A stretch of DNA of 64,000 nucleotides. Source: Candidatus Limnocylindrales bacterium (GTDB lineage Bacteria > Chloroflexota > Limnocylindria > Limnocylindrales > CSP1-4). A program made the position numbers and the translations under genes. Positions 9,171-17,561 of this stretch are shown piece after piece. The stretch spans positions 16,451 to 80,450 of the forward strand of contig DASSHA010000069.1 of NCBI GenBank assembly GCA_035693145.1. Reading direction: 5' to 3'. The notes under the pieces were generated by a model. That model was given only the letters and a program-made list of their open reading frames with translations, searched no databases and was not told the DNA's origin. Each line of letters starts with the position of its first letter. The first letter of the stretch is position 1.

Positions 9171-10040
9171 TTGCGGCTGTTCCACCAAGGTGCCCAGGAG
9201 GCGCCTGATCGAACCGGGCGACGCAACGCCGGACGCAACGCCGGACGCAACGCCAGGCGCACCCTCGCGTTGCTCGCCTCGTCGCTGGCGCTCGTCGGGA
9301 TGCTCGCCGTCCCATCGACCGCAAGCGCGGCGACACATCGCGTCGTCATCGTCGTCGGCCCCGTCGGATCGTCGACGGCGAACTACATCTACAACGCGCG
9401 GATCTACGCGCGCTACGCGCGCTCGCTGGGCGCGTCCGTGACGGAGATCTACAGCCCGAACGCGACGTGGGCCCGCGTGAAGTCGGCGCTCCAGGGCGCG
9501 AACATGCTCATCTACCTGGGCCACGGGAACGGCTGGCCGAGCGCGTACTACCCGTTCAACCCCTACACGAAGGACGGCCTCGGGCTCAACCGCACGTCCG
9601 GCGCCGGCAACTCGAACGTGAAGTATTACGGCGAGTACTACCTTCGGACGGGCGTGCGGATGGCGGCGAACGCCGTCGTGCTGTTCAACCGGCTGTGCTA
9701 CGCGTCGGGCAACAACGAGTGGGGCGCCGGATATCCGTCCCGGACCACCGCGCGCGCCCGCGTCGGCAACTTCGGCTACGGCTTCCTGCACGCCGGTGCA
9801 CGGGCGGTCTTCGCCAACGCGATCAGCTCGCTGAAGCCGATCATCCACGACCTGTTCCGGACGAACCGGACGATGGCGCAGATCTTCCGCGCCGATCCCG
9901 CGTACGTCGGAACGTACCGCTACACGTTCCAGTCGGGCCGGACGTCGTGGGCGACGGCGATCCTCGATCCGACCGCCCGGAACCACTACTACCACTCGGT
10001 CATCGGTTCGCTCGGGATGACTGCGGCGACCTGGCGCTGA
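9171..10040 (+). CDS. Secreted protein, paralog 1 of a family with conserved His-Gly and Cys motifs (possible caspase-like/clan CD peptidase fold); function unknown
   Basis: TTG 9171 is in frame, 8 nt downstream of the strong SD GGAAGGGAGGAGG. The signal peptide is Tat-like (NARRTLALLASSLALVGMLAVPSTASA). The motifs VVIVVGP, SPNATW.RVK, MLIYLGHGNGWPS, GLGLN and AVVLFNRLCYASGN are shared with CDS 13465..15261. Confidence 0.6.
   Translation: MRLFHQGAQEAPDRTGRRNAGRNAGRNARRTLALLASSLALVGMLAVPSTASAATHRVVIVVGPVGSSTANYIYNARIYARYARSLGASVTEIYSPNATWARVKSALQGANMLIYLGHGNGWPSAYYPFNPYTKDGLGLNRTSGAGNSNVKYYGEYYLRTGVRMAANAVVLFNRLCYASGNNEWGAGYPSRTTARARVGNFGYGFLHAGARAVFANAISSLKPIIHDLFRTNRTMAQIFRADPAYVGTYRYTFQSGRTSWATAILDPTARNHYYHSVIGSLGMTAATWR
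9219..9254 (+). repeat. In-frame 12-nt x3 tandem repeat (GACGCAACGCCG-like) encoding GRNA x3 in the signal-peptide n-region of the secreted protein
   Basis: The unit is cgacgcaacgcc ggacgcaacgcc ggacgcaacgcc, read directly. Confidence 0.6.
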
Positions 10041-10061
10041 TCGTTCGGGCCAGGCATCGAG

Positions 10062-10100
10062 CGGCCCCGCCTCGAACGAGGCGGGGCCGTCTTCGTTTCG
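10062..10100. terminator. Probable bidirectional intrinsic terminator
   Basis: A perfect hairpin GGCCCCGCCTCG-AAC-GAGGCGGGGCC is followed by TCTTCGTTTCG. It sits between the convergent 9171..10040 (+) and 10117..10236 (-). Confidence 0.5.
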
Positions 10101-10116
10101 CTTGACGTCGCGGGTT

Positions 10117-10236
10117 CAGACGAACGCGGCGTGGGCGACGACCCCGAGCGCCGTCAGGATCAGCACGAGCACCAGCAGCACCGTCGGGAAGGCGCCGACT
10201 GTCTCGGCGCGGTAGGTGGTGACGTGGGCGGACATC
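10117..10236 (-). CDS. Small hydrophobic membrane protein (39 aa), hypothetical
   Basis: It falls below the 60-aa threshold of the ORF track. The ATG is 6 nt downstream of AGAGGAGG. The product is MSAHVTTYRAETVGAFPTVLLVLVLILTALGVVAHAAFV, a single TM helix. Confidence 0.45.
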
Positions 10237-10411
10237 GAGCGCCTCCTCTCAGGACCCTTCGTCTGCGGCGGGATCGTCCCGCCGTTCGATGCCCGAATCG
10301 TCGCTCGGAGGATGGTCCGCGACCGCCGACGAGCGTGCCCAACCGTCGCGTCGCTTCGTCGCCGCCGTCACTCGACGGATGACGTAGTCGCGGCCTCGTC
10401 GCCGCGCCGCC

Positions 10412-11182
10412 TCAGGGACGCCGCAGCGAGACGGAGTCGCCGGGAGCGGTCGAGGCGATCGAGGTGTCGGGGACCGCGGCGGCCGCTCGCTCGGCGAACT
10501 CGAGCGCCGGGCCGGTCAGCCGGTGCGGTCGGATGCGCCCGAGGCCGCGTGGCCAGAAGGTTCCCCAGTGGATCGGCACAGCGACGCGCGGCCGAAGCCT
10601 CCGGACCGCCTCCGCGGCGCGTTCGGGATCGAGGTGGCCGGGCCCGAGCGTGGGCCCCCAGCCCCACACCGGGACGAGGGCGACGTCGAGCTCGCCCAGG
10701 GTCTCCATTCCCGTGAACAGGTCGGTATCGCCCGCGAAGTAGAGGCGCCGGTGCGGGGATTCGACGATGAACCCGAGGGCCTGAGCGGTCGGCCCGAACG
10801 GCGGCCGGAACCCTGAATGGGCCGCCTCGGTCGCGCGGATCGTCAGCTCGCCGGCCTCGGTCGTCTCGCCGGGTGCGAGCTCGACGACGTCGTGGAACCC
10901 ATATCGCTCGAGAAGCTGACGCGCCCCGCGCGGCACGACGAGTCGCGGTCGCGGCCGGAGCAGTCGCAGCGAGCCGAGGTCGAGGTGATCGCGGTGAAGA
11001 TGCGAGAGCAGGACGACGTCCGTGCCCGCGTAGTCCGGCGGCCCGAGCGGCGGGCCCTGGCGGAGGAGCGGTCCGACCCGTTCGCGCAGGACGGGGTCTG
11101 TGAGCAGCCGAACCCCACTGAGGTCCAGCCGCAGCGTCGCATGGCCGAGATACGCCAGGCGGGGCTCGTGCGTGCCGGCCAT
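10412..11182 (-). CDS. MBL-fold metallo-hydrolase
   Basis: The motif HLHRDHLD matches HxHxDH. Further markers are RLAYLGHATL, YFAGDTD and WGTFWP. I chose the start at ATG 11182 (MAGTHEPRLAYLGHATL). The longer ORF upstream is Arg-rich with no domain. Confidence 0.75.
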   Translation of the reverse strand: MAGTHEPRLAYLGHATLRLDLSGVRLLTDPVLRERVGPLLRQGPPLGPPDYAGTDVVLLSHLHRDHLDLGSLRLLRPRPRLVVPRGARQLLERYGFHDVVELAPGETTEAGELTIRATEAAHSGFRPPFGPTAQALGFIVESPHRRLYFAGDTDLFTGMETLGELDVALVPVWGWGPTLGPGHLDPERAAEAVRRLRPRVAVPIHWGTFWPRGLGRIRPHRLTGPALEFAERAAAAVPDTSIASTAPGDSVSLRRP

Positions 11183-11413
11183 CGGCCGATTGTCGCCCGA
11201 GCGCGGTCGAGGCGTCGCCCTCGGGCTGACACGGCCCTGCAACGGCCCGCGTATCCGCGACCGGTCGTCCGCCAGCGCGCCCGGCACACGCTGGCATCGT
11301 GTCCGCCCTCCGCCTCGCGCGCGATCCGCAGGAACGGCTGCGTGAAGGTCGTCCTGAAGCCATCTGCCGCGGCGGCGTGACCGGAGCGGAGAGCAGATCG
11401 GAGGACGAGAGGG

Positions 11414-11800
11414 ATGCCTGAACGAGACGACGACCTTCCGAGCACCCTGGAACGTTCGCCGAGGAAGGCGCGGGAGACCTGGAAGAAGACGCACGACAGC
11501 GCGGTCGAGACATACGGCGATGGCGAGCGGGCGCACCGGACGGCGTTCTCGGCACTGAAGCACAGCTTCGAGAAGGTCGGCGATCACTGGGAGCCCAAGG
11601 CGCACAAGGGGCCATCAGACCCGCGTGCGGCCGAGGGCGGGGCCGCCGCGCGCGCCGGGAAGGGCGAGACGTTCGGCGGGCTCGACTACAACGGGCACAC
11701 CCGGGACGAGCTCGAGCAGCGGGCCCGCGCGCTCGGCGTGAAGGGTGCGTCGGGGATGCGAAAGCGTGACCTCGCCGAGGCGATCGCGCGGAAGCAGTAG
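11414..11800 (+). CDS. ChaB-family domain fused to a Rho_N (Rho termination factor N-terminal-like) domain; function unknown
   Basis: The SD GGAGGACGAGAGGG precedes ATG 11414. The ChaB-like block is LPSTLERSPRKARETWKKTHDSAVETYGDGERAHRTAFSALKHSFEK. The Rho_N-like tail is TRDELEQRARALGVKGASGMRKRDLAEAIA. Confidence 0.7.
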   Translation: MPERDDDLPSTLERSPRKARETWKKTHDSAVETYGDGERAHRTAFSALKHSFEKVGDHWEPKAHKGPSDPRAAEGGAAARAGKGETFGGLDYNGHTRDELEQRARALGVKGASGMRKRDLAEAIARKQ

Positions 11801-11809
11801 GAGGCTCGA

Positions 11810-12529
11810 ATGGTTCGCGATCTCGCCGTCCTCGTCGTCCGCGCAACGGTCGGCGGGCTGCTCGCCGGACACGGCGCGCAGAAGCTGTTCGGGTGGTTCG
11901 GTGGTGGAGGGCTCGAAGGGACCGGCGGGTTCTTCGAGGGGATGGGGTTCCGTCCGGGCCGGCTCTGGGCGCAGCTCGCGGCGACGTCTGAGCTCGGCGG
12001 CGGGCTGCTCACCGCCCTCGGCCTCCTCAACCCGGTCGGTCCTCTCGCGGCGATGGGCTCGATGCTCGTCGCGACGCTTCGGGCACATGCGGGCAAGCCG
12101 ATCTGGGGATCGCAGGGCGGCGCTGAGCTGCCCGTGACGAACATCGCGATCCTCAGTGCGATCGCACTCGCTGGTCCCGGCCGGCTCTCTGTCGATCATC
12201 TCCTCGGCACCCGACTGCCGCGCTGGACGATCCTGCCGGGCGCCGCGGTCGTCGGCGGCCTCACCTGGTTCGCCGTTCGTCACAGCGAGCAGGCCCAGGC
12301 CGCAGGTGAACCCGGGGCGGCGGAGGATGTCGTGCCGCCCCAACCCGCCGAGCCGCGCCGGTTCGAAGCTGCGGGCGAGACCGCGGCCGGGATCCCGTCC
12401 GAGGGTGGCGTGTCGCCGGCGACCGACCTTCCGGGCACGGCCGGGCCGGCGCCCGAAGAGGACGTCGAGCAGCCGCTGGGCGACGATGCCATCGCCGCCG
12501 TTCGCCGCGTCGACCCCGGCGCCGGCTGA
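11810..12529 (+). CDS. DoxX family membrane protein with an acidic/Pro-rich C-terminal tail
   Basis: The DoxX signature is LLAGHGAQKLFGWFGGGGLEGTGGFF. The product is multi-TM. Confidence 0.75.
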   Translation: MVRDLAVLVVRATVGGLLAGHGAQKLFGWFGGGGLEGTGGFFEGMGFRPGRLWAQLAATSELGGGLLTALGLLNPVGPLAAMGSMLVATLRAHAGKPIWGSQGGAELPVTNIAILSAIALAGPGRLSVDHLLGTRLPRWTILPGAAVVGGLTWFAVRHSEQAQAAGEPGAAEDVVPPQPAEPRRFEAAGETAAGIPSEGGVSPATDLPGTAGPAPEEDVEQPLGDDAIAAVRRVDPGAG

Positions 12530-12577
12530 CCGCACGCGAGGCGGCCGCCGCGTGACGCGGGCCGCTACGATGCCGGC

Positions 12578-13153
12578 ATGCCGAGTGCGAACGACCGTCT
12601 GTACTTCAGCGGCGACCCGGAGTCAGACCGGCTCATCGCCTCGGACCCGCTGGCGCTCCTGATCGGGTTCGTCCTCGACCAGCAGGTCACCCTCCAGAAG
12701 GCCTTTTCGGGACCGCTCGAGCTTCGCCGCCGAATCGGCTTGCTCGACGCCCGCACGATCGCGGAGATGGACCCGGCTCGGCTCGAGACGGTCTTCCGCG
12801 AGCGGCCCGCCCTTCACCGGTTTCCGGCGAACATGGCTCGCCGCACCCAGGCCCTGTGTGCCGCGATCGTTCGCGATTACGACGGCGATGCCGCGCGGAT
12901 CTGGGGCGACGTCGCCGACGCGGCCGAGCTCGAGCGGCGGCTCCTGGCGCTGCCCGGCATCGGAGAGATGAAGGCCAAGACGCTTCTCGCGGTCCTTGCG
13001 CGGCGGCTCGCCGTGCGGCCGTCCGGCATCGACGCTCTGCTGCCGTCGTACCCGACCCTCGGCGATGTCGATTCGGACGCCGCGCGCGAGGAGTACCAGG
13101 CAGGCAAGCGGGCCCACAAGGCGATGCTCCGAGCATCCGACTCGAAAGGCTGA
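12578..13153 (+). CDS. HhH-GPD family (DNA-glycosylase-like) protein
   Basis: The helix-hairpin-helix block is LLALPGIGEMKAKTLLAVLA. Overall it resembles actinobacterial HhH-GPD base-excision-repair-like proteins. Confidence 0.65.
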   Translation: MPSANDRLYFSGDPESDRLIASDPLALLIGFVLDQQVTLQKAFSGPLELRRRIGLLDARTIAEMDPARLETVFRERPALHRFPANMARRTQALCAAIVRDYDGDAARIWGDVADAAELERRLLALPGIGEMKAKTLLAVLARRLAVRPSGIDALLPSYPTLGDVDSDAAREEYQAGKRAHKAMLRASDSKG

Positions 13154-13464
13154 CGCCGTCGCGCCGACGGGCGGACATAGCTCCCGCCGCCCGGAATAGC
13201 TCCCGCCGCCGTTGCTCCCGCCCTTGCCCCGCGGCCGTTGCTCCGCAGGCCATGGATTCGGGGCTGCGGCGCCGCTTCGTTGCCCAGCAGGGTCGGAGGC
13301 GACGCGATCCGGCGCCATTCGGCGCGCGTTCGGTGCCTGGCAGGGTCCGACTCGGCACGGAAGCGCGCCAAACAGTGCCTGGTGGGCAACGTGGCGTTGG
13401 CGCGTGCCGAGCAGCGAGCCGCGGCGGACGGTCCATCCCGGCCCATCCCCGGGGTCGGGCGAAG

Positions 13465-15261
13465 CTACCGGCTCGGCCTCGGCGGCGTCGCCGAGTCGTC
13501 GTGCGGACCAGTCGACACGGTCACCCGGACGAACGTCGGTGTCGAGCCGGCTGCGACGAGCGAGGCCGACTCCGGGGTCGCGACATCGAGCACGAGCAGC
13601 CACGCGCCGGGGGCCTTCGGCGCGACGAGGCTGATGGCGCCCTCGATCCGACCGCCCGGCCGGACCGTCCGGCGCACCTCGATGGAACCGTCGACGCCCG
13701 ATCCCGTCGAGCCGGCGAGTGGCAGCCAGTGCGCGCTCACCTCGATCGTCCCGACGCTTTCGAGTGGCAGCCCGGGCCGCGGGGAGACCGACTGTGGCGG
13801 CGCCCACGGGGCGCTCCCGTTGTTCGCGACGACGAACGGAAGCGCGAACGTCTCTTGGGTCGAGACGGTCATCGCGCCCGGCACCGCGAACGTCGCCGAG
13901 TGCGGCCCGACGACGCGCACGAGGAGTCGCGGAACCAGGGCCTGCGTCGGCGCATCCGCGGCCACGCCGTCCGGACCGTGGACGGCGAGGGTCAGTCGGT
14001 AGAGGCCGGGGGTCGGTGGCAGGGGCGCGTCGATCCGCCAGCCGCCCTTGACGAGCTTCGCGGCCACGGGCGCGACGACGTCGCCCTCGGTCTCGGGAAC
14101 GACGAGCGCCAGCGGATCCTGCACCGGCGCGGCCTCGGGCGAGGGTGACGGGCTCGCGTCCGGTCCCCCCGTCGCCGGCACGAGCGGCGACGATCCGGTC
14201 GCGGCGGACGCGCCCAGCGGAACGTCGAGCGGATCCCAGCGTGCCGAGAGCTCGAGACCGTCCACGAGCGAGCGCGGCGCGCTCTCCGGCAACGCGATCG
14301 GCAGCGTCAGCGCGCGCGTCTCGCCGGCCACCGGGATTCCGTCGATTGCCGGGGCGCCGACGGTCGCCCCGACCGACGCGAGCGTCGGCGGCGGAGGTTC
14401 GGTCCCAGGGCCGCCCGCGCCGGCGTCGGCGCCGATCGTCGTGCCACGGCCGGATTCGACCACGGTCGACGTGCTGACCTGTCCGCGAATGACGAGCGAC
14501 CGGCTGAAGCCGGACGCGGCATTGACCGGGTCGAGCATGTCGACAAAGCCCGGCCGCCGGTCGCTCGCGAAGGTCCTGACGTGGCCGTGGAACGTCGGCG
14601 ACTCGTGCCACAGGTCGGCGACGGTCCCGTGCCCCGCGAGGATCGAGTCGACGTACCAGCCCGGGTCAAGGTAGGCCTCCGCGACGACGGCGCTCGCGCC
14701 CGCCGAGATCCAGCCCGCGCCGAAGTTGTCGACTCGCTGGCGGGCGACGTCCAGTGTCCCTTCGGGCAGCCCCGGCTCGGAGTTTCCGCTCGCGTAGCAG
14801 AGGTGCGACAGGACGACGACGGCGTTCGGCGCGAGCTTCACCTCGCGCTCGAGGTATGCCTCGCCGAAGTACTGGTGCGCGACGTCGTCGACCTCAGCCA
14901 CCGGGTTGAGGCCGAGGCCGTTCTGCGTCGGTGGATAGAGCGTCGATCGGTAGCGTGACGGCCAGCCGTTGCCATGGCCGAGATAGACGACGACCGAGGC
15001 ATCGTCGAGGGCCGCCTTCACCCGCGGCCACGTCGCGTTCGGAGACACGACCTCGACGACGTCCGGGGTGTAGCGCCGTGCCGCTCGCGCGGCATCGTCG
15101 GCCGCGGCGCGATAGTGGTCCGTCGCGTCGCCCGCCGGCCCGACGATGATCGCGACCTTGGGGATCGCCGCCGCGGCGCGCGCCTCACCCGCCAGGACCG
15201 AGACCTGGCCGACGACCAGGAGCGCGATGACCAGACCGACGAGCGATCGCAGATGACGCAC
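13465..15261 (-). CDS. Secreted protein, paralog 2: N-terminal His-Gly/Cys domain homologous to 9171..10040 plus C-terminal beta-sandwich-like repeats
   Basis: The start is GTG 15261 (MRHLRSLVGLVIALLVVGQVSVLAGEARA), 8 nt after GGGAGA. A classical AxA signal peptide follows. The shared motifs are VAIIVGP, SPNATWPRVK, VVVYLGHGNGWPS, GLGLN and AVVVLSHLCYASGN. The C-terminal roughly 330 aa are Pro/Ala/Val-rich with two similar modules. Confidence 0.65.
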   Translation of the reverse strand: MRHLRSLVGLVIALLVVGQVSVLAGEARAAAAIPKVAIIVGPAGDATDHYRAAADDAARAARRYTPDVVEVVSPNATWPRVKAALDDASVVVYLGHGNGWPSRYRSTLYPPTQNGLGLNPVAEVDDVAHQYFGEAYLEREVKLAPNAVVVLSHLCYASGNSEPGLPEGTLDVARQRVDNFGAGWISAGASAVVAEAYLDPGWYVDSILAGHGTVADLWHESPTFHGHVRTFASDRRPGFVDMLDPVNAASGFSRSLVIRGQVSTSTVVESGRGTTIGADAGAGGPGTEPPPPTLASVGATVGAPAIDGIPVAGETRALTLPIALPESAPRSLVDGLELSARWDPLDVPLGASAATGSSPLVPATGGPDASPSPSPEAAPVQDPLALVVPETEGDVVAPVAAKLVKGGWRIDAPLPPTPGLYRLTLAVHGPDGVAADAPTQALVPRLLVRVVGPHSATFAVPGAMTVSTQETFALPFVVANNGSAPWAPPQSVSPRPGLPLESVGTIEVSAHWLPLAGSTGSGVDGSIEVRRTVRPGGRIEGAISLVAPKAPGAWLLVLDVATPESASLVAAGSTPTFVRVTVSTGPHDDSATPPRPSR

Positions 15262-15390
15262 GACGGAGTCTCCCGGACACAAGGGTTCCGCGGCGGGGGC
15301 ACAACGTACTCCAGTTCGATTTCCTGCGCATCACCTGTCGCCAAACCGCCGGTGCGGCCATGCCTCGCGACCCGGCGTAGCATCGATGCG

Positions 15391-16593
15391 ATGACCCGGA
15401 TCCTGCTCTACACGGGCAAGGGTGGCGTCGGCAAGACGAGCGTCGCCGCCGCGACGGCGCTCCTGACCGCCGAGCGCGGCCTGCGGACGATCGTCCTCTC
15501 GACCGACATCGCACACAGCCTCGCCGACGCGTACGAGATCCCGCTCGGGCCCGAGCCCCGCGAGATCGTGCCCAACCTGTGGGGCCAGGAGCCAGACGTC
15601 TACTACAACATCGCGCGCTACTGGCGGACGATCCAGACGTACGTCACGGAGCTGTTCAGCTGGCGCGGGCTCGATGAGGTCATGGCGGAGGAGATGACGG
15701 TCCTCCCCGGCATGGACGAGCTCGGCAACCTGCTCTGGATCGCCGACCACGTCGAGAGCGGCCGGTACGACGTCATCGTCGTCGACGCGGCGCCCACGGG
15801 CGAAACCCTCCGGCTCCTGTCGCTGCCCGAGGCGAGTCGGTGGTGGGTGGAGCGGATCGCGCCGATCGGAAAGCGCGTGTCCCGGCTCGGCGGGCCGCTG
15901 CTCCAGCGCGTCGTCGGGCTTCCGATGCCGCAGGAGGAGGTCTTCCACGCCGCCGAGCGTCTGCTTCGGCGGCTCGACTCGGTTCACCGCCTGCTTGCCG
16001 ATCCGGAGCTGGCGTCGGTCCGGATCGTCCTCGCGCTCGAGTCGCTCTCGATCGCCGAGGCCCACCGCTCGTTCACCTATTTTCACCTCTTCGGCTACCC
16101 GACCGACCTCGTCGTGGCGAACCGGGTGTTCCCGGCCGACGTCGGTGGGTACTTCGAACGGCTGCGCGAGACTCAGCAGGCGCACCTGCCGCGGGTCGAG
16201 CAGGAGTTCGGCCCGGTGCCCGTTCGGACCGTCCCGTTCTTCGATCGCGAGATGGTCGGGATCGATCGGCTTCGGGAGGTCGGCGAGGCGCTGTTTGGCG
16301 ACGACGATCCGGCGGCCGTGCACTACCGCGGCCGGCCGTACCAGATCGTCCGCCACGGCGACGGCTGGATGCTGCGGGTCGAGCTGCCGTTCGTGTCGCG
16401 TGAGCAGGTCGACCTCTCGCGCCACGGCGACGAGCTCGTCCTGCAGGCCGGCGGCTGGCGCCGAACGCTCGTCCTGCCGCGCGCGCTCGTCGAGGCTCGA
16501 ACCCGGGGCGCGCGGATGGACGGCGGTACGCTGAGCATCGAATTCGAGCCGCGGATGCCGGCCCCAGGCGGCGGAGGAGGTACTCGACGATGA
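15391..16593 (+). CDS. ArsA/Get3-family ATPase with C-terminal Hsp20-like (ArsA_HSP20) domain
   Basis: The P-loop is YTGKGGVGKTSVAAA. Other markers are the ArsA switch regions (DAAPTGETLRLLSLPE) and a C-terminal alpha-crystallin-like beta-sandwich (DGWMLRVELPFVSREQVDLSRHGDELVLQAG ... LSIEFE). Confidence 0.85.
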   Translation: MTRILLYTGKGGVGKTSVAAATALLTAERGLRTIVLSTDIAHSLADAYEIPLGPEPREIVPNLWGQEPDVYYNIARYWRTIQTYVTELFSWRGLDEVMAEEMTVLPGMDELGNLLWIADHVESGRYDVIVVDAAPTGETLRLLSLPEASRWWVERIAPIGKRVSRLGGPLLQRVVGLPMPQEEVFHAAERLLRRLDSVHRLLADPELASVRIVLALESLSIAEAHRSFTYFHLFGYPTDLVVANRVFPADVGGYFERLRETQQAHLPRVEQEFGPVPVRTVPFFDREMVGIDRLREVGEALFGDDDPAAVHYRGRPYQIVRHGDGWMLRVELPFVSREQVDLSRHGDELVLQAGGWRRTLVLPRALVEARTRGARMDGGTLSIEFEPRMPAPGGGGGTRR

Positions 16594-16913
16594 ACCCGAG
16601 CACGAGGCGAGGACGTGCGACGACGCCACCGAGCGCCGGGCTCGAGGAGCCCGGTTCCCACGCCGGATCGACGGAGCGGATCGCCGAGCTCGAGGACCGC
16701 CTCGCGCGTCTCGAGCGGCGCGTGACGCTGCGCGACCGGAGTCGCACGATGATGGCGAAGGTGATGCCGCCCGAGGCGAGCGAGCACTTCCGACAGGCAG
16801 GCCGGCATCAGCTGCTCGGGCTCCGCTCGATCATCGACTTCTGGATCGACCGGGTGGACCGCGCGGCGCCGGCCGGGGGAGCGAACGCGGCCGAACGGAT
16901 CGACATCGAATAG
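16590..16913 (+). CDS. Hypothetical protein translationally coupled to the ArsA-like ATPase
   Basis: The overlap is ATGA. GGAGGAGG lies 8 nt upstream of the ATG. A coiled-coil segment (RIAELEDRLARLERRV) precedes a conserved-looking C-terminus (HFRQAGRHQLLGLRSIIDFWIDRVD). Confidence 0.5.
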   Translation: MNPSTRRGRATTPPSAGLEEPGSHAGSTERIAELEDRLARLERRVTLRDRSRTMMAKVMPPEASEHFRQAGRHQLLGLRSIIDFWIDRVDRAAPAGGANAAERIDIE

Positions 16914-17180
16914 CTCGGAGCATCTCGTTCGCGCGTCTGCGGCGATCCCGACGGTTATTCACCGGGTGGGTGAGTGCACCGCCGACCGCGAGTCTCATTC
17001 GCGGCGTGCATGCGTCGCGCCGATTCGGCCCTGCATCGGCCAGGTGAAGCAGCATCCATTCATCGGACGAATGCAACCCGCACGCGGGCCGGCGAATTGG
17101 TCGCGTTCATTCACCGGACGAATACGTCGTCGACCCGCCGTCGACGCGCCGTCCACGCGCCGCCGCCGCGCTCCCCGCGG

Positions 17181-17561
17181 CTACAGCACGAGCTGCCGGA
17201 ACAGCCGATCCAGCTCCGCGGCCGGGTCGTCGGTGAGACCCGTGTGGACGTCGGACGGCTGGATGACCGTGCTCGAGGGCGCGACCAGCCAATGGAACCG
17301 CTCCGCGGCGTCCAGCGCGCCGATCGAACCGGCGTCCGCTCCGCCGCGGGCAACGCGCTCGAAGGCGTCGAGGTGCCGGCGAACCGCGGCGAGGTCGACC
17401 GCCGGTGCCAGGGCGCGCAGGCGCCCCTCGTCGAGCTCGACCCGCGCCCCGAGGTAACGGCGGCCACGGCACAGCAGGACGATCCCCGCGTTCAGGCACT
17501 CGCCGCGCTCGACCCGCGGAACGATCCGGATCACGGCGTACTGGAACGCCTCAGGCGGCAC
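17181..17561 (-). CDS. DUF3037-like protein (hypothetical)
   Basis: At 126 aa, its N-terminus (YAVIRIVPRVERGECLNAGIVLL) resembles DUF3037 as recalled from memory. It overlaps the upstream HipA-like gene by 11 nt. Confidence 0.45.
   Translation of the reverse strand: MPPEAFQYAVIRIVPRVERGECLNAGIVLLCRGRRYLGARVELDEGRLRALAPAVDLAAVRRHLDAFERVARGGADAGSIGALDAAERFHWLVAPSSTVIQPSDVHTGLTDDPAAELDRLFRQLVL

Noticed and set aside
8610-9995. 461-aa minus-strand ORF, Arg/Gly/Pro-rich
   Set aside because: It is antisense to the well-supported secreted-protein gene and to the non-coding region. Its composition is low-complexity, typical of GC-rich antisense frames, with no domain signal.
10368-11846. 492-aa minus-strand ORF overlapping the MBL hydrolase and ChaB/Rho_N genes
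   Set aside because: It is an out-of-frame GC artefact. The MBL gene with its HxHxDH motif is in the adjacent frame.
12623-14611. 662-aa minus-strand ORF
   Set aside because: It overlaps the HhH-GPD gene antisense and sits in a different frame from the real secreted paralog (13465..15261). It is Arg-rich junk.
15331-16629. 432-aa minus-strand ORF antisense to the ArsA-like ATPase
   Set aside because: The plus-strand frame has unambiguous P-loop/ArsA motifs. The antisense frame has none.
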